A stretch of 64,000 nt of DNA, from NCBI GenBank assembly GCA_035501775.1, contig DATJVM010000046.1, positions 36,244 through 100,243 of the forward strand. The letters are read 5' to 3'. The translations under genes were made by a program, and so were the position numbers. Origin of the DNA: Gemmatimonadales bacterium. GTDB lineage: Bacteria > Gemmatimonadota > Gemmatimonadetes > Gemmatimonadales > GWC2-71-9. Position 1 is the stretch's first letter. The number at the start of each line of letters is the position of its first letter. This document shows positions 19,284-29,952 of this stretch, piece by piece. A model generated the notes under the pieces. That model searched no databases, was not told the origin of the DNA, and worked only from the letters and a program-made list of their open reading frames with translations.

Positions 19284-20375
19284 TCAGGCCACCCAGGTCT
19301 CCAGAGGGCTGGTCCGCCGGAACGCCTCGGGGTGGCGGCGGAACCATGCCATCACGAGGAGGATCTCGTCCAGGTACTGAAACGGCAAGGGCCCGGGCCG
19401 CGGAGAAGGCCGGACCAGCTCATCGTGCACCACGCCGCGAAACGCCTCCCGCTCGATGGGCGTTGCGGGCCACGGATAGCTTGCCCGGACGATCCCGTGT
19501 CGGATGAGATAGGCGCGCTCGTCGCCCTGGGTGCCAGGATCGCGGTAGACGAACGTGAGCGCAGCGACCGCCGCGCGGGCGCGGCTGGTCGCAGCGAGGA
19601 GCCACTCCAGGTGCTCGAAGCGCTCCCGCCATTTGGTGGCGCGCTCGAACTCCGACGTGGCCGCGGCCTCCTGCATCTCGGCGACGACCCGGTCCAGGGG
19701 CTGAATGGTGCGCCCTTCCAGGAATGCCACCGCCGTGTCCGCGCGCCGCCAGTAATCCTCCTGCGTGACGAAACCCGCGCACGGCCCGGAACAGAAGCCG
19801 AACTCGTGGCGCATGCACGCGGCCCGGAGCGCCGGAGCGAACAGGTCGGTCTGACCCGCAAACACGATGGGCATGGCGGGGGCGCAGTCCCGGAGACCCA
19901 GGAGATCGTTGAGCGTCCGCACCCCGTCGCGGACCCGGCCGGCGCTCACAAACGGGCCGTACCAGCGCTGGTCCTCGCGGCCTGACGCGGTGCCGGTGCC
20001 GACCCGTGGCGCCGGGCCCGCCGTGACCTTGATGAAGAGGGTGCGGCGCGCGCGATTCATGTGATGGTTGAAGGGCGGGCGGAGTCGCGCGATCTGGCGC
20101 AGCTCGCTCAGCTGAGCCGCGAACTCGCTCGGCGCATAGTCCCAGACCACGTCCGCTGCCGCATGCAGAATCCGCGCGGCCTTGTCCTCCGGGTAGCTGG
20201 CGCGGAAGTACGACAGCAGGCGGCTCCGGAGTCGCTTGGCCTTCCCCACGTACAGCACCCGACCATGCGGATCGATCATCCGGTAGGTTCCGGGCCGCGG
20301 TTCCGCCAGGCGGCGGATCCGGGTGCGCAGGGCGGGAAGGTCGGTAGTGGGGAGGGAAAGGCCGAGCGCGGTCAT
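19284..20375 (-). CDS. GIY-YIG nuclease, UvrC N-terminal-half-like (Cho-like excinuclease)
   Basis: ORF 19284..20462, ATG at 20375. The GIY-YIG motif YRMIDPHGRVLYVGKAKRLRSRLLSYF is followed by a UvrC-like region. Confidence 0.65.
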   Translation of the reverse strand: MTALGLSLPTTDLPALRTRIRRLAEPRPGTYRMIDPHGRVLYVGKAKRLRSRLLSYFRASYPEDKAARILHAAADVVWDYAPSEFAAQLSELRQIARLRPPFNHHMNRARRTLFIKVTAGPAPRVGTGTASGREDQRWYGPFVSAGRVRDGVRTLNDLLGLRDCAPAMPIVFAGQTDLFAPALRAACMRHEFGFCSGPCAGFVTQEDYWRRADTAVAFLEGRTIQPLDRVVAEMQEAAATSEFERATKWRERFEHLEWLLAATSRARAAVAALTFVYRDPGTQGDERAYLIRHGIVRASYPWPATPIEREAFRGVVHDELVRPSPRPGPLPFQYLDEILLVMAWFRRHPEAFRRTSPLETWVA

Positions 20376-20444
20376 TGGTGAAGGGTAGGGGGAGGAGGCA
20401 CGTCGGGACAGGGCGGCGTCAGGGTGCCTCGAACCCTCTACCCT

Positions 20445-20479
20445 GTACGCGGAACGCTGCACGCTGAACGCTCACCTCT
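20445..20479. repeat. Heptamer array (GTACGCG GAACGCT GCACGCT GAACGCT CACCTCT)
   Basis: Read directly. It is the reverse complement of the AGCGTAC/AGCGTTC motif seen at 35014-35146 and overlaps the mutM stop codon. Confidence 0.8.
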
Positions 20480-21296
20480 GGCACCGGTGACAGAACACCG
20501 TGATCCGTGCGTCGATCTCATGCGTGCCCGTGAGCCGAGTGCCGCACCGACGGCACGGCTGGCCCTCGCGCTCGTACACGGCCAGGGAGAGCTGGAAGTT
20601 GCCGGGCTCCCCCGTGCCGGTACGGTAATCTCGGAAGGTCGTGCCTTCCGCGTCGATTGCCGCTTGCAGGATCCGCCGTGTTTCCTGGTACAGCCTCCCG
20701 TACTGCTCGACCCCTACGCGCCTTGCCGACTTCGAGGGATCGATTCCGGCGCTCCAGAGGGCCTCGTTGGCGTAGATGTTCCCCACGCCCACGATACGGC
20801 GCTGGTCCATCAGGACCTTCTTGACCGCTGCCGTGTAAGGCTTGAGTCGCTCGATGAACTGCTGTTCGGTAAGGGCGGGATCGAGAGGCTCGGGGCCGAG
20901 CGCCCGATCATAGGCCTCCCATCCCCGGGCATCGAGCAGGAGCAGGGTCCCGATGCGCCTGATGTCCCGGAAGACAAACTCGGAGCCGCTGTCGAGGCGC
21001 GCCCGGAGCACGGCGTACTTCGCCTCCTCGGCCGAAAGGGGCCGGTGATAGACCAGGAGGTTGCCGGTCATGCCCGGCTGGAGGACAAAGTAGCGACTGC
21101 CGAGCCGCAGCACGCCGTGCTTGGCTCGACGCGAGACCTCGTCGATGACCTGGCCCCTCAGGGCCTTGAGGAGCTTGGGCCGGGTCACCCCGCGCAGCAC
21201 GTCGGTGTGCGTGAGCCGGGCCTCGACGATCCTCCGACCGATGAGGTCCGGACGGACACCCCGCACCATGGTTTCGACTTCGGGCAACTCCGGCAT
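20472..21296 (-). CDS. mutM: Formamidopyrimidine-DNA glycosylase
   Basis: MPELPEVE N-terminus (catalytic Pro2), H2TH region, and C-terminal zinc finger CRRC...CHRC. Confidence 0.92.
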   Translation of the reverse strand: MPELPEVETMVRGVRPDLIGRRIVEARLTHTDVLRGVTRPKLLKALRGQVIDEVSRRAKHGVLRLGSRYFVLQPGMTGNLLVYHRPLSAEEAKYAVLRARLDSGSEFVFRDIRRIGTLLLLDARGWEAYDRALGPEPLDPALTEQQFIERLKPYTAAVKKVLMDQRRIVGVGNIYANEALWSAGIDPSKSARRVGVEQYGRLYQETRRILQAAIDAEGTTFRDYRTGTGEPGNFQLSLAVYEREGQPCRRCGTRLTGTHEIDARITVFCHRCQR

Positions 21297-21494
21297 AACC
21301 GCAATCTAAGTGCTTGTAAATGGATGACTGCCTCGTCTGGGTGGGGGCTGAGTCGCAACAACGCCAGCTGATCGCAACGCCTTTGGGGTAACGGCGAGGG
21401 CCGAGCTCCGGGCGCATCCGGAGCCCGATTCTGCGCCGCGTCGCGACGATCAGGCTGACAATCGTGCTGATCGGCTCCAACGGGTCGCCATGCC

Positions 21495-24113
21495 CTACTC
21501 ACTCCGTAGCGCCGTCATCGGATCGACGCGCAGTGCGCGGAGCGTCGGTCCGAGGCCAGCAATCAACGCCACCAGCAGGAGCACACCAGAGACGGCCACC
21601 AGTGTCGCCGGATCGGTGGGCGTGATCTCGAAGAGTGATTTCTGAAGCACGCGCGTGACGGCCAGCGCGCCAACCAGCCCGATCAGCAATCCAGGAATCA
21701 CGAGCGACAGCGTCCGACGCGCGACGACCCGGACCACATCGTGCGACACCGCGCCGAGCGCGACGCGGACCCCGAGCTCGTGCGCTCGCGCCGCGACGTC
21801 GTACGCGAGGACACCGTACGTTCCGACCGCGGCGAGCAACAACGCGAGCGCCGAGAAGATCGTCAGCAGCTGAGTCTCGAAACGCGAATCGGCGGTCGCT
21901 GCGGCGACGACATCGTCCATTGACCGGATGGTCCGCAGTGGCACCGTCGGGTTCAGCTCGTGGATGATCGCGCGCAACGACGGCGTCAGGTCAGGCGCGG
22001 TTCGCGCCGTCCGCACCGCGAACGTGACGCTGCTGATGAACGGCATGATTTCAGTCTGCGCCATCGGAAAGTACTGCGCGCCGTCGCGCCCCTGCGTGAC
22101 GCCCTGCTGCACGATGTCGTCGACGACGCCGACGATCGTCTGCCAGTCGCCGGGCTGTGGATTCTCGCCGTTTTCCGTGAGGCGCCGACCAATCGCGCCG
22201 CGTCCGTCGGGGGGCCAAAACCGTCGCGCGACCGAGCGGGTCACGATCGTGACCGGAAGCGACGACTGGTCGTCGCGGCTGTCGAAGTCGCGGCCGGCGA
22301 AGAGTCGGATCCCCATGGTGCTGAAATACCCGGGCGCAATCACCAGCTTGTCGACCAGGTATCCTCTGGGAATGGTACTGATGCCTTCAATGTGGAGATC
22401 GCCGATGACGAGCGCTGCCTTCCCGAGCGGAAGCCAGTTCACCATCGTCGCCGCCTCGACGCCGGGCACTTGCCGCAGGCGTTCGACCACACGTGCGTCG
22501 AAGGTGTGAACGTCCGCGGGGGTTGGGAACGCGGCGCGCGAGAGGCTCACACCGAACGTCACGAGCTCGCTCGAGCGAAATCCGGGATCGACGGCGCGCA
22601 TTCGCGCGAAACTCTTGAGCAACAATGCGGCGCCGGTCAGCAGCACGATCGCCAGCGAGAGCTGCGCGACCACGAACACGCGCCGCAGCCGGTCGTTGCT
22701 CCCGGCGATCATGCGTCCTGTCGTCGTGAGCGCTTCGCGTGGATCACGGCGTGTGCTCGCGAGCGCGGGGAGGATCCCGCAGACAAGGCCTGCGAGGAGC
22801 GACACGCCGAATGCCGCGCCAAGCACCCGCCAATCCACCGTGATCTCCTGGCTGCGCGGAATCCGGCCGGCGGGCGCTGTGGCGAGAAGGAGGCGTACGC
22901 CCCATATCGAGAGCACGAGTCCGGCCGCGCCGCCGATGCAGGCAACGAGGGTGCTCTCGGTCACGAGCTGACGTACGATGCGCGGACGTCCGGCGCCAAG
23001 CGCTGCCCGAACGCCGATCTCATGCCGGCGGTTCGACACGCGGATGAGCAGCAGGTTCGCGACGTTGGCGCACGCGATCAGCAAAACGAAGGAAACGGCG
23101 CCGCTGAAGAGCCACAGCGATGGTCTCGCCTGCGCCACGAGCAAGTCGACCAGCGGACGAACCTCCGTGAGGTGTGTGCCCGGTTTCTCGTCCGCCGTTG
23201 ACGGCAATCGTGCGAACAGTGACTGCAGCTCGCGACGCGCCGCCTCGATCGACGTTCCAACGGACAGCCGCGCGATGACCGGCAGGAGCATGTGATTGTG
23301 TGAATCGAACCGTGCGGGGAGCAGGGTCCAGAGCGATACGCCATGAGGAAAGTCGAATCTCGGCGGCATCACGCCGATCACCGTGTATGGCACGCCGTCC
23401 AAGATGATCGACGTGCCGAGCACGGATCGGGCGCCGCCGAAGCGCTCCCGCCACAACCCGTCGCTCAAGAGCACGACGTGATCGCCACCCGCCTCTTCCG
23501 TCGCTGTGAACGTGCGCCCAATGGGCGCCGATGCGCCGAGGGTGGTCGTGAGATTCGCCGATGCTTGCGCCGTGCTGAGTTGCTGGGCGTCACCGACGCC
23601 GGTGAGCGTCATCTGAGTCGGCCAATAGCTGGCGACGGATGCGAACGCACGCGAGGCCGTCGTGCGCAACTCAGCGAACGTCTGATCGGCCACGGCGTGA
23701 GCGTCGGGCCCGAACTCCGCTGGCAGGTGCGAGAGCATGACGAGCCGGCCCGGCTGCGCGAATGGCAGCGGATTGAGCAGCGCACCGTTCACGACGGTGA
23801 ACATCGCCGTCGTGGCACCGATCCCGAGTGCGAACGTGGCGACAGCGACCGCGGTGAAGGCCGGGGACCGACGGAGGCCGCGCGCCGCATGGCGGACATC
23901 GCGAACGAACGCGTCCCACGACCTGGCGCCCCACATGTCGCGAGTTACTTCGGCGACATGGGTCACGTTGCCGAACTCGCGGAGTGCGTTGTCTCGAGCC
24001 ACGGCAGGCGACTCGCCGCGTTGGATGCGCAGCGCCACGGCCATCTCGAGATGCGCTTGGATCTCCTCGGTGAGCTCCGCGTCGCGCGCGTCGCCCCGCC
24101 ACGGCCACCTCAT
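21495..24113 (-). CDS. ADOP-family duplicated MacB/FtsX-type ABC transporter permease
   Basis: ORF 21495..24542. The ATG at 24113 gives [24 protein letters not shown]..., the typical permease-prefix. Two MacB-periplasmic plus FtsX 4-TM halves. ATGA overlap with the padR stop. Confidence 0.85.
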   Translation of the reverse strand: MRWPWRGDARDAELTEEIQAHLEMAVALRIQRGESPAVARDNALREFGNVTHVAEVTRDMWGARSWDAFVRDVRHAARGLRRSPAFTAVAVATFALGIGATTAMFTVVNGALLNPLPFAQPGRLVMLSHLPAEFGPDAHAVADQTFAELRTTASRAFASVASYWPTQMTLTGVGDAQQLSTAQASANLTTTLGASAPIGRTFTATEEAGGDHVVLLSDGLWRERFGGARSVLGTSIILDGVPYTVIGVMPPRFDFPHGVSLWTLLPARFDSHNHMLLPVIARLSVGTSIEAARRELQSLFARLPSTADEKPGTHLTEVRPLVDLLVAQARPSLWLFSGAVSFVLLIACANVANLLLIRVSNRRHEIGVRAALGAGRPRIVRQLVTESTLVACIGGAAGLVLSIWGVRLLLATAPAGRIPRSQEITVDWRVLGAAFGVSLLAGLVCGILPALASTRRDPREALTTTGRMIAGSNDRLRRVFVVAQLSLAIVLLTGAALLLKSFARMRAVDPGFRSSELVTFGVSLSRAAFPTPADVHTFDARVVERLRQVPGVEAATMVNWLPLGKAALVIGDLHIEGISTIPRGYLVDKLVIAPGYFSTMGIRLFAGRDFDSRDDQSSLPVTIVTRSVARRFWPPDGRGAIGRRLTENGENPQPGDWQTIVGVVDDIVQQGVTQGRDGAQYFPMAQTEIMPFISSVTFAVRTARTAPDLTPSLRAIIHELNPTVPLRTIRSMDDVVAAATADSRFETQLLTIFSALALLLAAVGTYGVLAYDVAARAHELGVRVALGAVSHDVVRVVARRTLSLVIPGLLIGLVGALAVTRVLQKSLFEITPTDPATLVAVSGVLLLVALIAGLGPTLRALRVDPMTALRSE

Positions 24114-24466
24114 GACTCGCCCTCCGGGACGGGCGGGTTGAGAATGCCGGCAATCGCCTGCGTCATCCGCTCCCACTTCGTGCGCTCGGCGACCAGGCGT
24201 TTGCGGCCGGCCGCGGTGAGCCGGTAGACGCGCACGCGCTGGCCTTTGTCGGACCGGTCCCACTTGGCGTCGATGAGCTTGCGGCGCTCGAGGCGGTGGA
24301 GCGCCGGATAGAGCGACCCTGTGTCCACCTCGAGCGTGTTGCTCGAGTTGGCCTTGATCATCTGCGCGAGCCCGAACCCGTGCTGCGGGCCCCAGCGGAG
24401 TGTCTGAAGAATGATGAAGTCGAGCGTGCCTTGGAGCAGCTCGATGCGTGAGTGTCCGCCGGACAT
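24110..24466 (-). CDS. PadR-family transcriptional regulator
   Basis: wHTH sequence [23 protein letters not shown]...[19 protein letters not shown] at 24466; the ORF-track start at 24481 is TTG. Confidence 0.9.
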   Translation of the reverse strand: MSGGHSRIELLQGTLDFIILQTLRWGPQHGFGLAQMIKANSSNTLEVDTGSLYPALHRLERRKLIDAKWDRSDKGQRVRVYRLTAAGRKRLVAERTKWERMTQAIAGILNPPVPEGES

Positions 24467-24485
24467 GCGCGCCCCGTACAAAAGG

Positions 24486-24523
24486 TGTAGACAATCTACA
24501 GCAAAGCTGAAGAATGTCTACAC
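24486..24523. promoter_or_regulatory. Putative PadR operator: palindrome TGTAGA-CAA-TCTACA plus a third half-site TGTCTACA
   Basis: A perfect inverted repeat at 24486-24500 lies 20 nt upstream of the padR ATG. GTGTAGAC (24485-24492) and GTCTACAC (24516-24523) also form an inverted pair. Confidence 0.4.
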
Positions 24524-24665
24524 CCAACGGCGCGCGCGTCAAGCGCAGCGTGGTCCGTGGGCCATCGACCCTACGATCGACATACGATGGCTTCCGCCGC
24601 AGATCAATCAGCTATCTACTTGCGCGGCCTGACTGTGACCCGGCCCCGACCGCTCCGGCCTCGGC

Positions 24666-25058
24666 TCAGGGGGTGACGACGATCAACCCCCGCATCGCGG
24701 AGCCGTGGATGGTGCAATGATAGGGATAGGAGCCGGCGCTCCCGAAGGTGACGGTGACGGTGTCACCGTGGGCGAGGGTGCCGGTGTAGAACCCCGCCGT
24801 CGAGTCCTGAGCGCTGTCCGCGGTGGCGGTATGAGCCGTCCCGTCATCGTTCCTCCAGGTGACCTTGCCGCCGTGCGCGAGGCTCACGGTGAAGGTGTCG
24901 GGCTGGTAGGCCTTGAAGCCCTTGAGCGGGGCGCCGGAGACGATGGAGACGTTGGCGGCGGGCGTCATGCTGTTCGAGGTCGAGCTGCTGCAGGCGGCGA
25001 GGATGAGGAGCCCGCTGCACCGGGCGGCTGATTGGAAGGTCGAGCGCGGCACGGGCAT
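24666..25058 (-). CDS. Cupredoxin (plastocyanin/azurin-like blue copper) lipoprotein
   Basis: Lipobox LLILAAC, and C-terminal type-1 Cu ligand pattern YHCTIHGSAM. Confidence 0.75.
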   Translation of the reverse strand: MPVPRSTFQSAARCSGLLILAACSSSTSNSMTPAANVSIVSGAPLKGFKAYQPDTFTVSLAHGGKVTWRNDDGTAHTATADSAQDSTAGFYTGTLAHGDTVTVTFGSAGSYPYHCTIHGSAMRGLIVVTP

Positions 25059-25132
25059 CTCCTGGCAGGCGTGGCGAAATGGGAAGATGGCCGCCGGGGT
25101 CGGACCGACCTAGGACCTGGGTCACATCATGG

Positions 25133-26416
25133 TCATACCCCCAGCTTCTGGCGAACGACTTCGCGCCATCCGATGTCCCGCCGGTAGACCTTGCCATCGA
25201 AGTGAATGGCCGCCGCGGCCTCCCGGCTCTGTGCCTGCGCGTCGGCAAAGCTGGTGGCGACGGCGGTAACCGTGAGCACCCGGCCACCGCTCACCCGGAG
25301 CGTCCCGTCGGCGTCGCGTGAAGTCCCCGCGTGGAAGATGACTACGCCCTCGGGAAGCACCTGGGGCAGCGTGATCGCGGCCCCCTTCTCCGGCTGGTCG
25401 GGATAGCCGCGCGCGGCCAGCACGGTCGTGACCGCGTGCGCATCCATGATCGAAAGCGGCGAGGGGGCTTCCCCGCGAGCCACCCGCCAGAGGCAGTCAA
25501 CCAGCCCGCTTCCCACTAAAGGAAGCACCGCCTGGGCCTCCGGGTCACCCAGCCGGCAGTTGAATTCCACGACCCGAAGCGAGCCATCGGGGCCTACCAT
25601 GAGGCCCGCATACAGCACGCCGTTGTAGGGCACTCCCTGCCGGGAAAGCTGGCGCAGGGTAGGAATGAAGATCTCCTGCTCCGCCCGCGCGAGGAGGCTC
25701 GGCGTGGCCAGGGTCACGGGGCTGTACGCCCCCATGCCGCCGGTGTTCGGCCCCGTGTCTCCCTCCCCCAGCCGCTTGTGATCCTGCGCCGCTGGCAAGA
25801 GCACCAGCTCGGCCCCGTCGGTGATGGCCAGGAGCGAGAGCTCCTCGCCCGGCATGAATTCCTCCACGATCACGGTTTGGCCCGCCGTCCCGAAGCGGCC
25901 TCCGTCCAGCATCGCCGTCACCGCGGCGCGAGCTTCCCCGCGAGTCGCGCAGACCATGGCGCCCTTTCCCGCCGCCAGGCCGGACGCCTTGACCACCAGC
26001 GGCTCGGTCTGACGGTCGACGAACGCGAGCGCCTCTCTGAGCGCGGTGAAGGTACCGCTCGCCGCGGTGGAGACTCCGGCCTTTCCCATGATTTCCTTGG
26101 CGAAGGCCTTGGACGCCTCGATCTGTGCGGCGGAGCGGCTCGGGCCGAACACCGCCCTTCCTTCGGCGCGAAGCCGGTCGGCGAGTCCCTCGGCGAGCGG
26201 CGCCTCGGGGCCGACGATCGTCAGGTCGATGCCGTACGCATCGGCCGCGTCTGCCAGGCGGTCGAGGTCGGTGGGAGCGATAGGAAGATTGGTGGCCAGG
26301 CCGCCGGTGCCGGGGTTGCCCGGGGCGCAGTAGATCGCCGCGTCAGGCGACTCGCGGCGGATCGCCCAGACCAGCGCATGCTCCCGCCCGCCGCCTCCGA
26401 CCACCAGGATTCTCAC
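25133..26416 (-). CDS. purD: Phosphoribosylamine-glycine ligase
   Basis: MRILVVGGGGREHAL N-terminus with full-length ATP-grasp PurD architecture. Confidence 0.95.
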   Translation of the reverse strand: MRILVVGGGGREHALVWAIRRESPDAAIYCAPGNPGTGGLATNLPIAPTDLDRLADAADAYGIDLTIVGPEAPLAEGLADRLRAEGRAVFGPSRSAAQIEASKAFAKEIMGKAGVSTAASGTFTALREALAFVDRQTEPLVVKASGLAAGKGAMVCATRGEARAAVTAMLDGGRFGTAGQTVIVEEFMPGEELSLLAITDGAELVLLPAAQDHKRLGEGDTGPNTGGMGAYSPVTLATPSLLARAEQEIFIPTLRQLSRQGVPYNGVLYAGLMVGPDGSLRVVEFNCRLGDPEAQAVLPLVGSGLVDCLWRVARGEAPSPLSIMDAHAVTTVLAARGYPDQPEKGAAITLPQVLPEGVVIFHAGTSRDADGTLRVSGGRVLTVTAVATSFADAQAQSREAAAAIHFDGKVYRRDIGWREVVRQKLGV

Positions 26417-27432
26417 GATTCCCGCTCTCGGTTCTTGCGGAACGCGTCCCGTGCCCGGTCGGCCACCCGCTTGGCCGCGTCGACCACATGGCCGATCGTC
26501 TCCCGGGCCTCGCCGGCGTAGTACTCGCGGGCCGCCTGGAACTCCGCGCCGAGCGGCCGCTCCCGGCTGGCCGGGCCGCGGCGGGTGTATTCGCCGCGCA
26601 GGATCCGGTCGTAGTCCCCGTTCGCGATCCAGTCCACGAGCTCCGCCGCGCGAACCGTGTGCATCGGGTGGGTGAGCACCAGCGTGCTCAGGAGCTTGTA
26701 CAGCACATCCAGCCCCTCGTGGCTTCCCGCATACTCCTGAGCCTGCGCCATGAAGGTCTCGACGTCGAGCTGACCGCTGGAGACGGGAGCCCGGACTCCA
26801 CCGGCCAGCTTCATGAACAGGCTCTGCGCCGCGATCGGGTCCTGACCCCCTAGCAGGCCAGCGCGGTCACTGGAGAGCTCGGACTTGCGCGACCACTCGA
26901 GGAAGGCCAGCCGGATCGGGAGAAGGGCGATCCCCGCCAGGCCGGGCAGGACCGAAGCGCCGAGGAGAAAGACGATCGCGGCGATGGTGCGGTAGAAGGC
27001 GTGCCCGCTGATCACATGCCCCATCTCATGGGCCAGGAGTACGCGGACCTCGTCGTCGTCCAGCAACTCAAGTGCGGCCGAGTGGAGGACGATAAATGGG
27101 GTGTCGACTCCATACGCGCCCGCATTGAAGACGGGGGTCTGGGTGACATACAGCTCCGGGGTCGTCGGCCAGTCGAACGTCGTGCAGACCTCGACGTGGG
27201 TCGTCCAGAGCTTCGGGAATTGGGTCGGGCCCACCCGCACAGCGTTCGCCTGGAACAGCAGGCGAATCCCACGTTCCCCTCCCAGAAAGGCGAGCACCTT
27301 CCGGGTGACCTCCTCGAACCCGGGCAGGGAGCGGAGTGTCTGGAGCGCGGCGCGATCGGCCGGGTGTTCCCAACTCACGCCTGCGATTTCGGGAAAGGTG
27401 CGACGGGGACGTGGGGCAGGCGGCGGGGTCAT
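26413..27432 (-). CDS. M48-family zinc metallopeptidase
   Basis: HEMGH (HExxH) followed by TM segments. 4-nt overlap with the purD start. Confidence 0.8.
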   Translation of the reverse strand: MTPPPAPRPRRTFPEIAGVSWEHPADRAALQTLRSLPGFEEVTRKVLAFLGGERGIRLLFQANAVRVGPTQFPKLWTTHVEVCTTFDWPTTPELYVTQTPVFNAGAYGVDTPFIVLHSAALELLDDDEVRVLLAHEMGHVISGHAFYRTIAAIVFLLGASVLPGLAGIALLPIRLAFLEWSRKSELSSDRAGLLGGQDPIAAQSLFMKLAGGVRAPVSSGQLDVETFMAQAQEYAGSHEGLDVLYKLLSTLVLTHPMHTVRAAELVDWIANGDYDRILRGEYTRRGPASRERPLGAEFQAAREYYAGEARETIGHVVDAAKRVADRARDAFRKNRERES

Positions 27433-27504
27433 CAGCGACTCGCGGTCAGGGATGGAGTCCGTACGCCCGCGGGAAGGGACGGTTTCATGTTGAGACGGCG
27501 TGGG

Positions 27505-28668
27505 CTATTGCAGCGCATGGGTCAGATCCGCGATCAGGTCATCGGCGTCTTCCACGCCGCAAGAGAGTCGCACCAGGCTGTCGGTGAGTCCCATCGCCTG
27601 CCGGAGGGCGAGTGGCACGGCCGCGTGGGTCATACTGGCCGGATGCCCGATCAGGCTTTCCACGCCCCCCAGGGACTCGGCCAGCGCGAACAAGCGGGTG
27701 CGCTCGACCACCCGACGCGCGAAGGCCACGTCGCCCAGTTCGATCGAAATCATGCCACCGAAGCCGTCCATCTGTCGTCGGGCCAGCTCGTGCTGCGGAT
27801 GGGTGGGGAGGCCGGGGTAGTAGACCTGTTTCACCTTCGGATGATCGACCAGCCAGGCCGCAATCCGTCGGCCGTTGGCGTCGTGCTGCCTGAGCCGGAG
27901 CGGCAGCGTCTTGAGTCCCCGCAGGCACAGCCAGCAGTCCATGGGGCCGGGAACCCCGCCGGCCGCGTTCTGGAGAAAGCCGATCCGCTCGGCCAGGTCG
28001 TCCCGAGAGGTGACCAGAATCCCGCCCACCATGTCGCTGTGCCCATTCAGGTATTTCGTCGAGGAGTGGAGGACGATGTCCGCCCCGAAGCCGAGCGGTC
28101 GCTGGAAGACCGGCGTGGCGAAGGTGTTGTCCACCACGAAGACCAGTCCTCGGGCCTGCGCGATGTCGCCGATCGCCGCGAGGTCGGCGAGGAACATCAT
28201 GGGGTTGGTCGGCGTCTCGCAGTAGATCATCCGGGTAGCGGGGGTGATCGCCCGCGCGACGCGCTCGGGTTCCCGCATGTCGACGAAGCTCGCCGCGAGG
28301 CCCAAGCGGCCGTAGACCTGCTCCATCAGCCGATGGGAACCGCCGTAGATGTTCTCCCCGGAGACGATATGGTCGCCGGCGGAGAGGAGCTTGAGGACGG
28401 TGTCGAGCGCGGCGAGGCCCGAGGCGAACGCGAAGCCATAGGTTCCGCCTTCGAGACTGGCCACACACCGTTCCAGGGCCTCCCGGGTGGGGTTCTGGGT
28501 CCGAGCGTATTCGTACCCCTTGTGGCGCCCAAGCCCCTCCTGGACGTAGGTGGACGTCTGATAGATGGGCGTCATCACCGCGCCCGAAAAGGGATCGGGA
28601 GCCTGCCCGGCGTGAACCGCCCTGGTGGCGAGGCCGTGCTCAGCGTCGGTGTTCCGGATCTGCGTCAT
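27505..28668 (-). CDS. Cys/Met-metabolism PLP-dependent enzyme (cystathionine gamma-synthase/beta- or gamma-lyase family)
   Basis: ORF 27505..28884, ATG at 28668 (MTQIRNTDAEHGLATRAVHAGQ). PLP-Lys motif SSTKYLNGHSD. Confidence 0.9.
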   Translation of the reverse strand: MTQIRNTDAEHGLATRAVHAGQAPDPFSGAVMTPIYQTSTYVQEGLGRHKGYEYARTQNPTREALERCVASLEGGTYGFAFASGLAALDTVLKLLSAGDHIVSGENIYGGSHRLMEQVYGRLGLAASFVDMREPERVARAITPATRMIYCETPTNPMMFLADLAAIGDIAQARGLVFVVDNTFATPVFQRPLGFGADIVLHSSTKYLNGHSDMVGGILVTSRDDLAERIGFLQNAAGGVPGPMDCWLCLRGLKTLPLRLRQHDANGRRIAAWLVDHPKVKQVYYPGLPTHPQHELARRQMDGFGGMISIELGDVAFARRVVERTRLFALAESLGGVESLIGHPASMTHAAVPLALRQAMGLTDSLVRLSCGVEDADDLIADLTHALQ

Positions 28669-28751
28669 GCGCGGTGGGGTCGGAGTCGCGGGAAGGTTAT
28701 CCACCGCTCTCCGCCCGAGCAAGGCGAGACGGCCGGGCGCGGAGAGTCGTC

Positions 28752-29819
28752 GTGACACGTCCCGAAGCCGGGGACCTCCGCGTGGAGCCGAAGGCGCTCG
28801 AGCCGCGCTGCCTGGTGGTGGACGACGATTCCCAGGTGCGCGGCAGCATCGCCCGCGTGGCGCGCCTCCTGGGCCTGCTGCCACTGGAGGCCGGCAGCGG
28901 TGACGAGGCCCTGGAGATGCTCGCCGCGGAGGGAGAGGTCCCCGTCGTCATCAGCGACGTGAACATGCCGGGACTTCACGGGATCCAGTTTCTCGAGGAG
29001 GTGGTCCGCCGCTTTCCCGAGACCGGGGTCCTCATGCTCTCCGGCGTGTCGGACGTGAAGGTCGCCGTGCAGTGTCTCGACAAGGGGGCGCTCGACTACA
29101 TCTCGAAGCCGGCCATGGTGGACGAAGTCCGGGCCCGGCTGACCAAGGCGCTCGAGAAGCGGGACCTGCTGCTGCAGAAGCGGTTCTATCAGCGGAACCT
29201 CGAGCTTCGGGTACGGGTGCAGGCGAACCGCATCCGCGAGCTCTTCCTGCAGGGCGTCCAGACCCTCGCCCAGGCGCTCGAAGCCAAGGACGCCTACACC
29301 AGCGGCCACTCCATCCGGGTGAGCCGGTACGCGGTGCAGACCGCCATTCGACTCGGCTTCACCGGCGAGCGGCTGGAGGAGATCCGTCTGGGCGGGGAGC
29401 TGCACGACATCGGCAAGATCGGCACCCGGGAAGCCGTTCTCAACAAGCCCGGCCCGCTGACCGAGGAGGAGTTCGCGCACATCACCGAGCACACCGTGTT
29501 GGGCGAACGCATCCTCGCCCCGCTGGCGAAGGAGAACCCGACCGTGCTGAGCATCGTGCGGAACCACCACGAGCGGATGGACGGCCGGGGCTTCCCGGAC
29601 CGACTCGAGGGCGAGGCGATCCCGATCGAGGCCCGGATCGTGTGCGTGGTCGACGCCTTCGACGCCATGACCACCAATCGCGCCTACCGAAGCTCGCGGC
29701 AGCCGCACGATGCGGTCCTCGAGCTGGTGCGCTGCGCCGGCTCGCACTTCGACGCGGACGTGGTGCGGGCCTTTCGCGACGCGTTCCCCGATCCCTCCCT
29801 GCTCCCGATCTCGGTGTAG
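28752..29819 (+). CDS. Response regulator receiver + HD-GYP domain protein (putative c-di-GMP phosphodiesterase), copy 1
   Basis: ORF 28674..29819. GTG at 28752 is preceded by GGAGAG. REC (LVVDDD...SDVNMPG), then HDIGKIG and HHERMDGRGFPD. Confidence 0.85.
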   Translation: MTRPEAGDLRVEPKALEPRCLVVDDDSQVRGSIARVARLLGLLPLEAGSGDEALEMLAAEGEVPVVISDVNMPGLHGIQFLEEVVRRFPETGVLMLSGVSDVKVAVQCLDKGALDYISKPAMVDEVRARLTKALEKRDLLLQKRFYQRNLELRVRVQANRIRELFLQGVQTLAQALEAKDAYTSGHSIRVSRYAVQTAIRLGFTGERLEEIRLGGELHDIGKIGTREAVLNKPGPLTEEEFAHITEHTVLGERILAPLAKENPTVLSIVRNHHERMDGRGFPDRLEGEAIPIEARIVCVVDAFDAMTTNRAYRSSRQPHDAVLELVRCAGSHFDADVVRAFRDAFPDPSLLPISV

Positions 29820-29952
29820 TCCCTCTCTGCGTGACCTCGGTCACCGCCCGACGGCGTCGGCTGGGCCACAATCCGATGTGCCCAACGATTCCCTCGCCCG
29901 ATCCGCAACCGGCGCCCCCCGTGACGTGCTCGCCGGGGCATCGCGTCCCGGC

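Noticed and set aside
21297-21494. Lower-GC spacer between mutM and the ADOP permease with repeated GCTGATCG words and a GCTCCGG/CCGGAGC hairpin. I considered a small RNA or a mobile-element scar.
   Set aside because: It contains only short, imperfect repeats with no T-tract or recognisable element ends. Most likely it is just the mutM promoter region plus a weak terminator.
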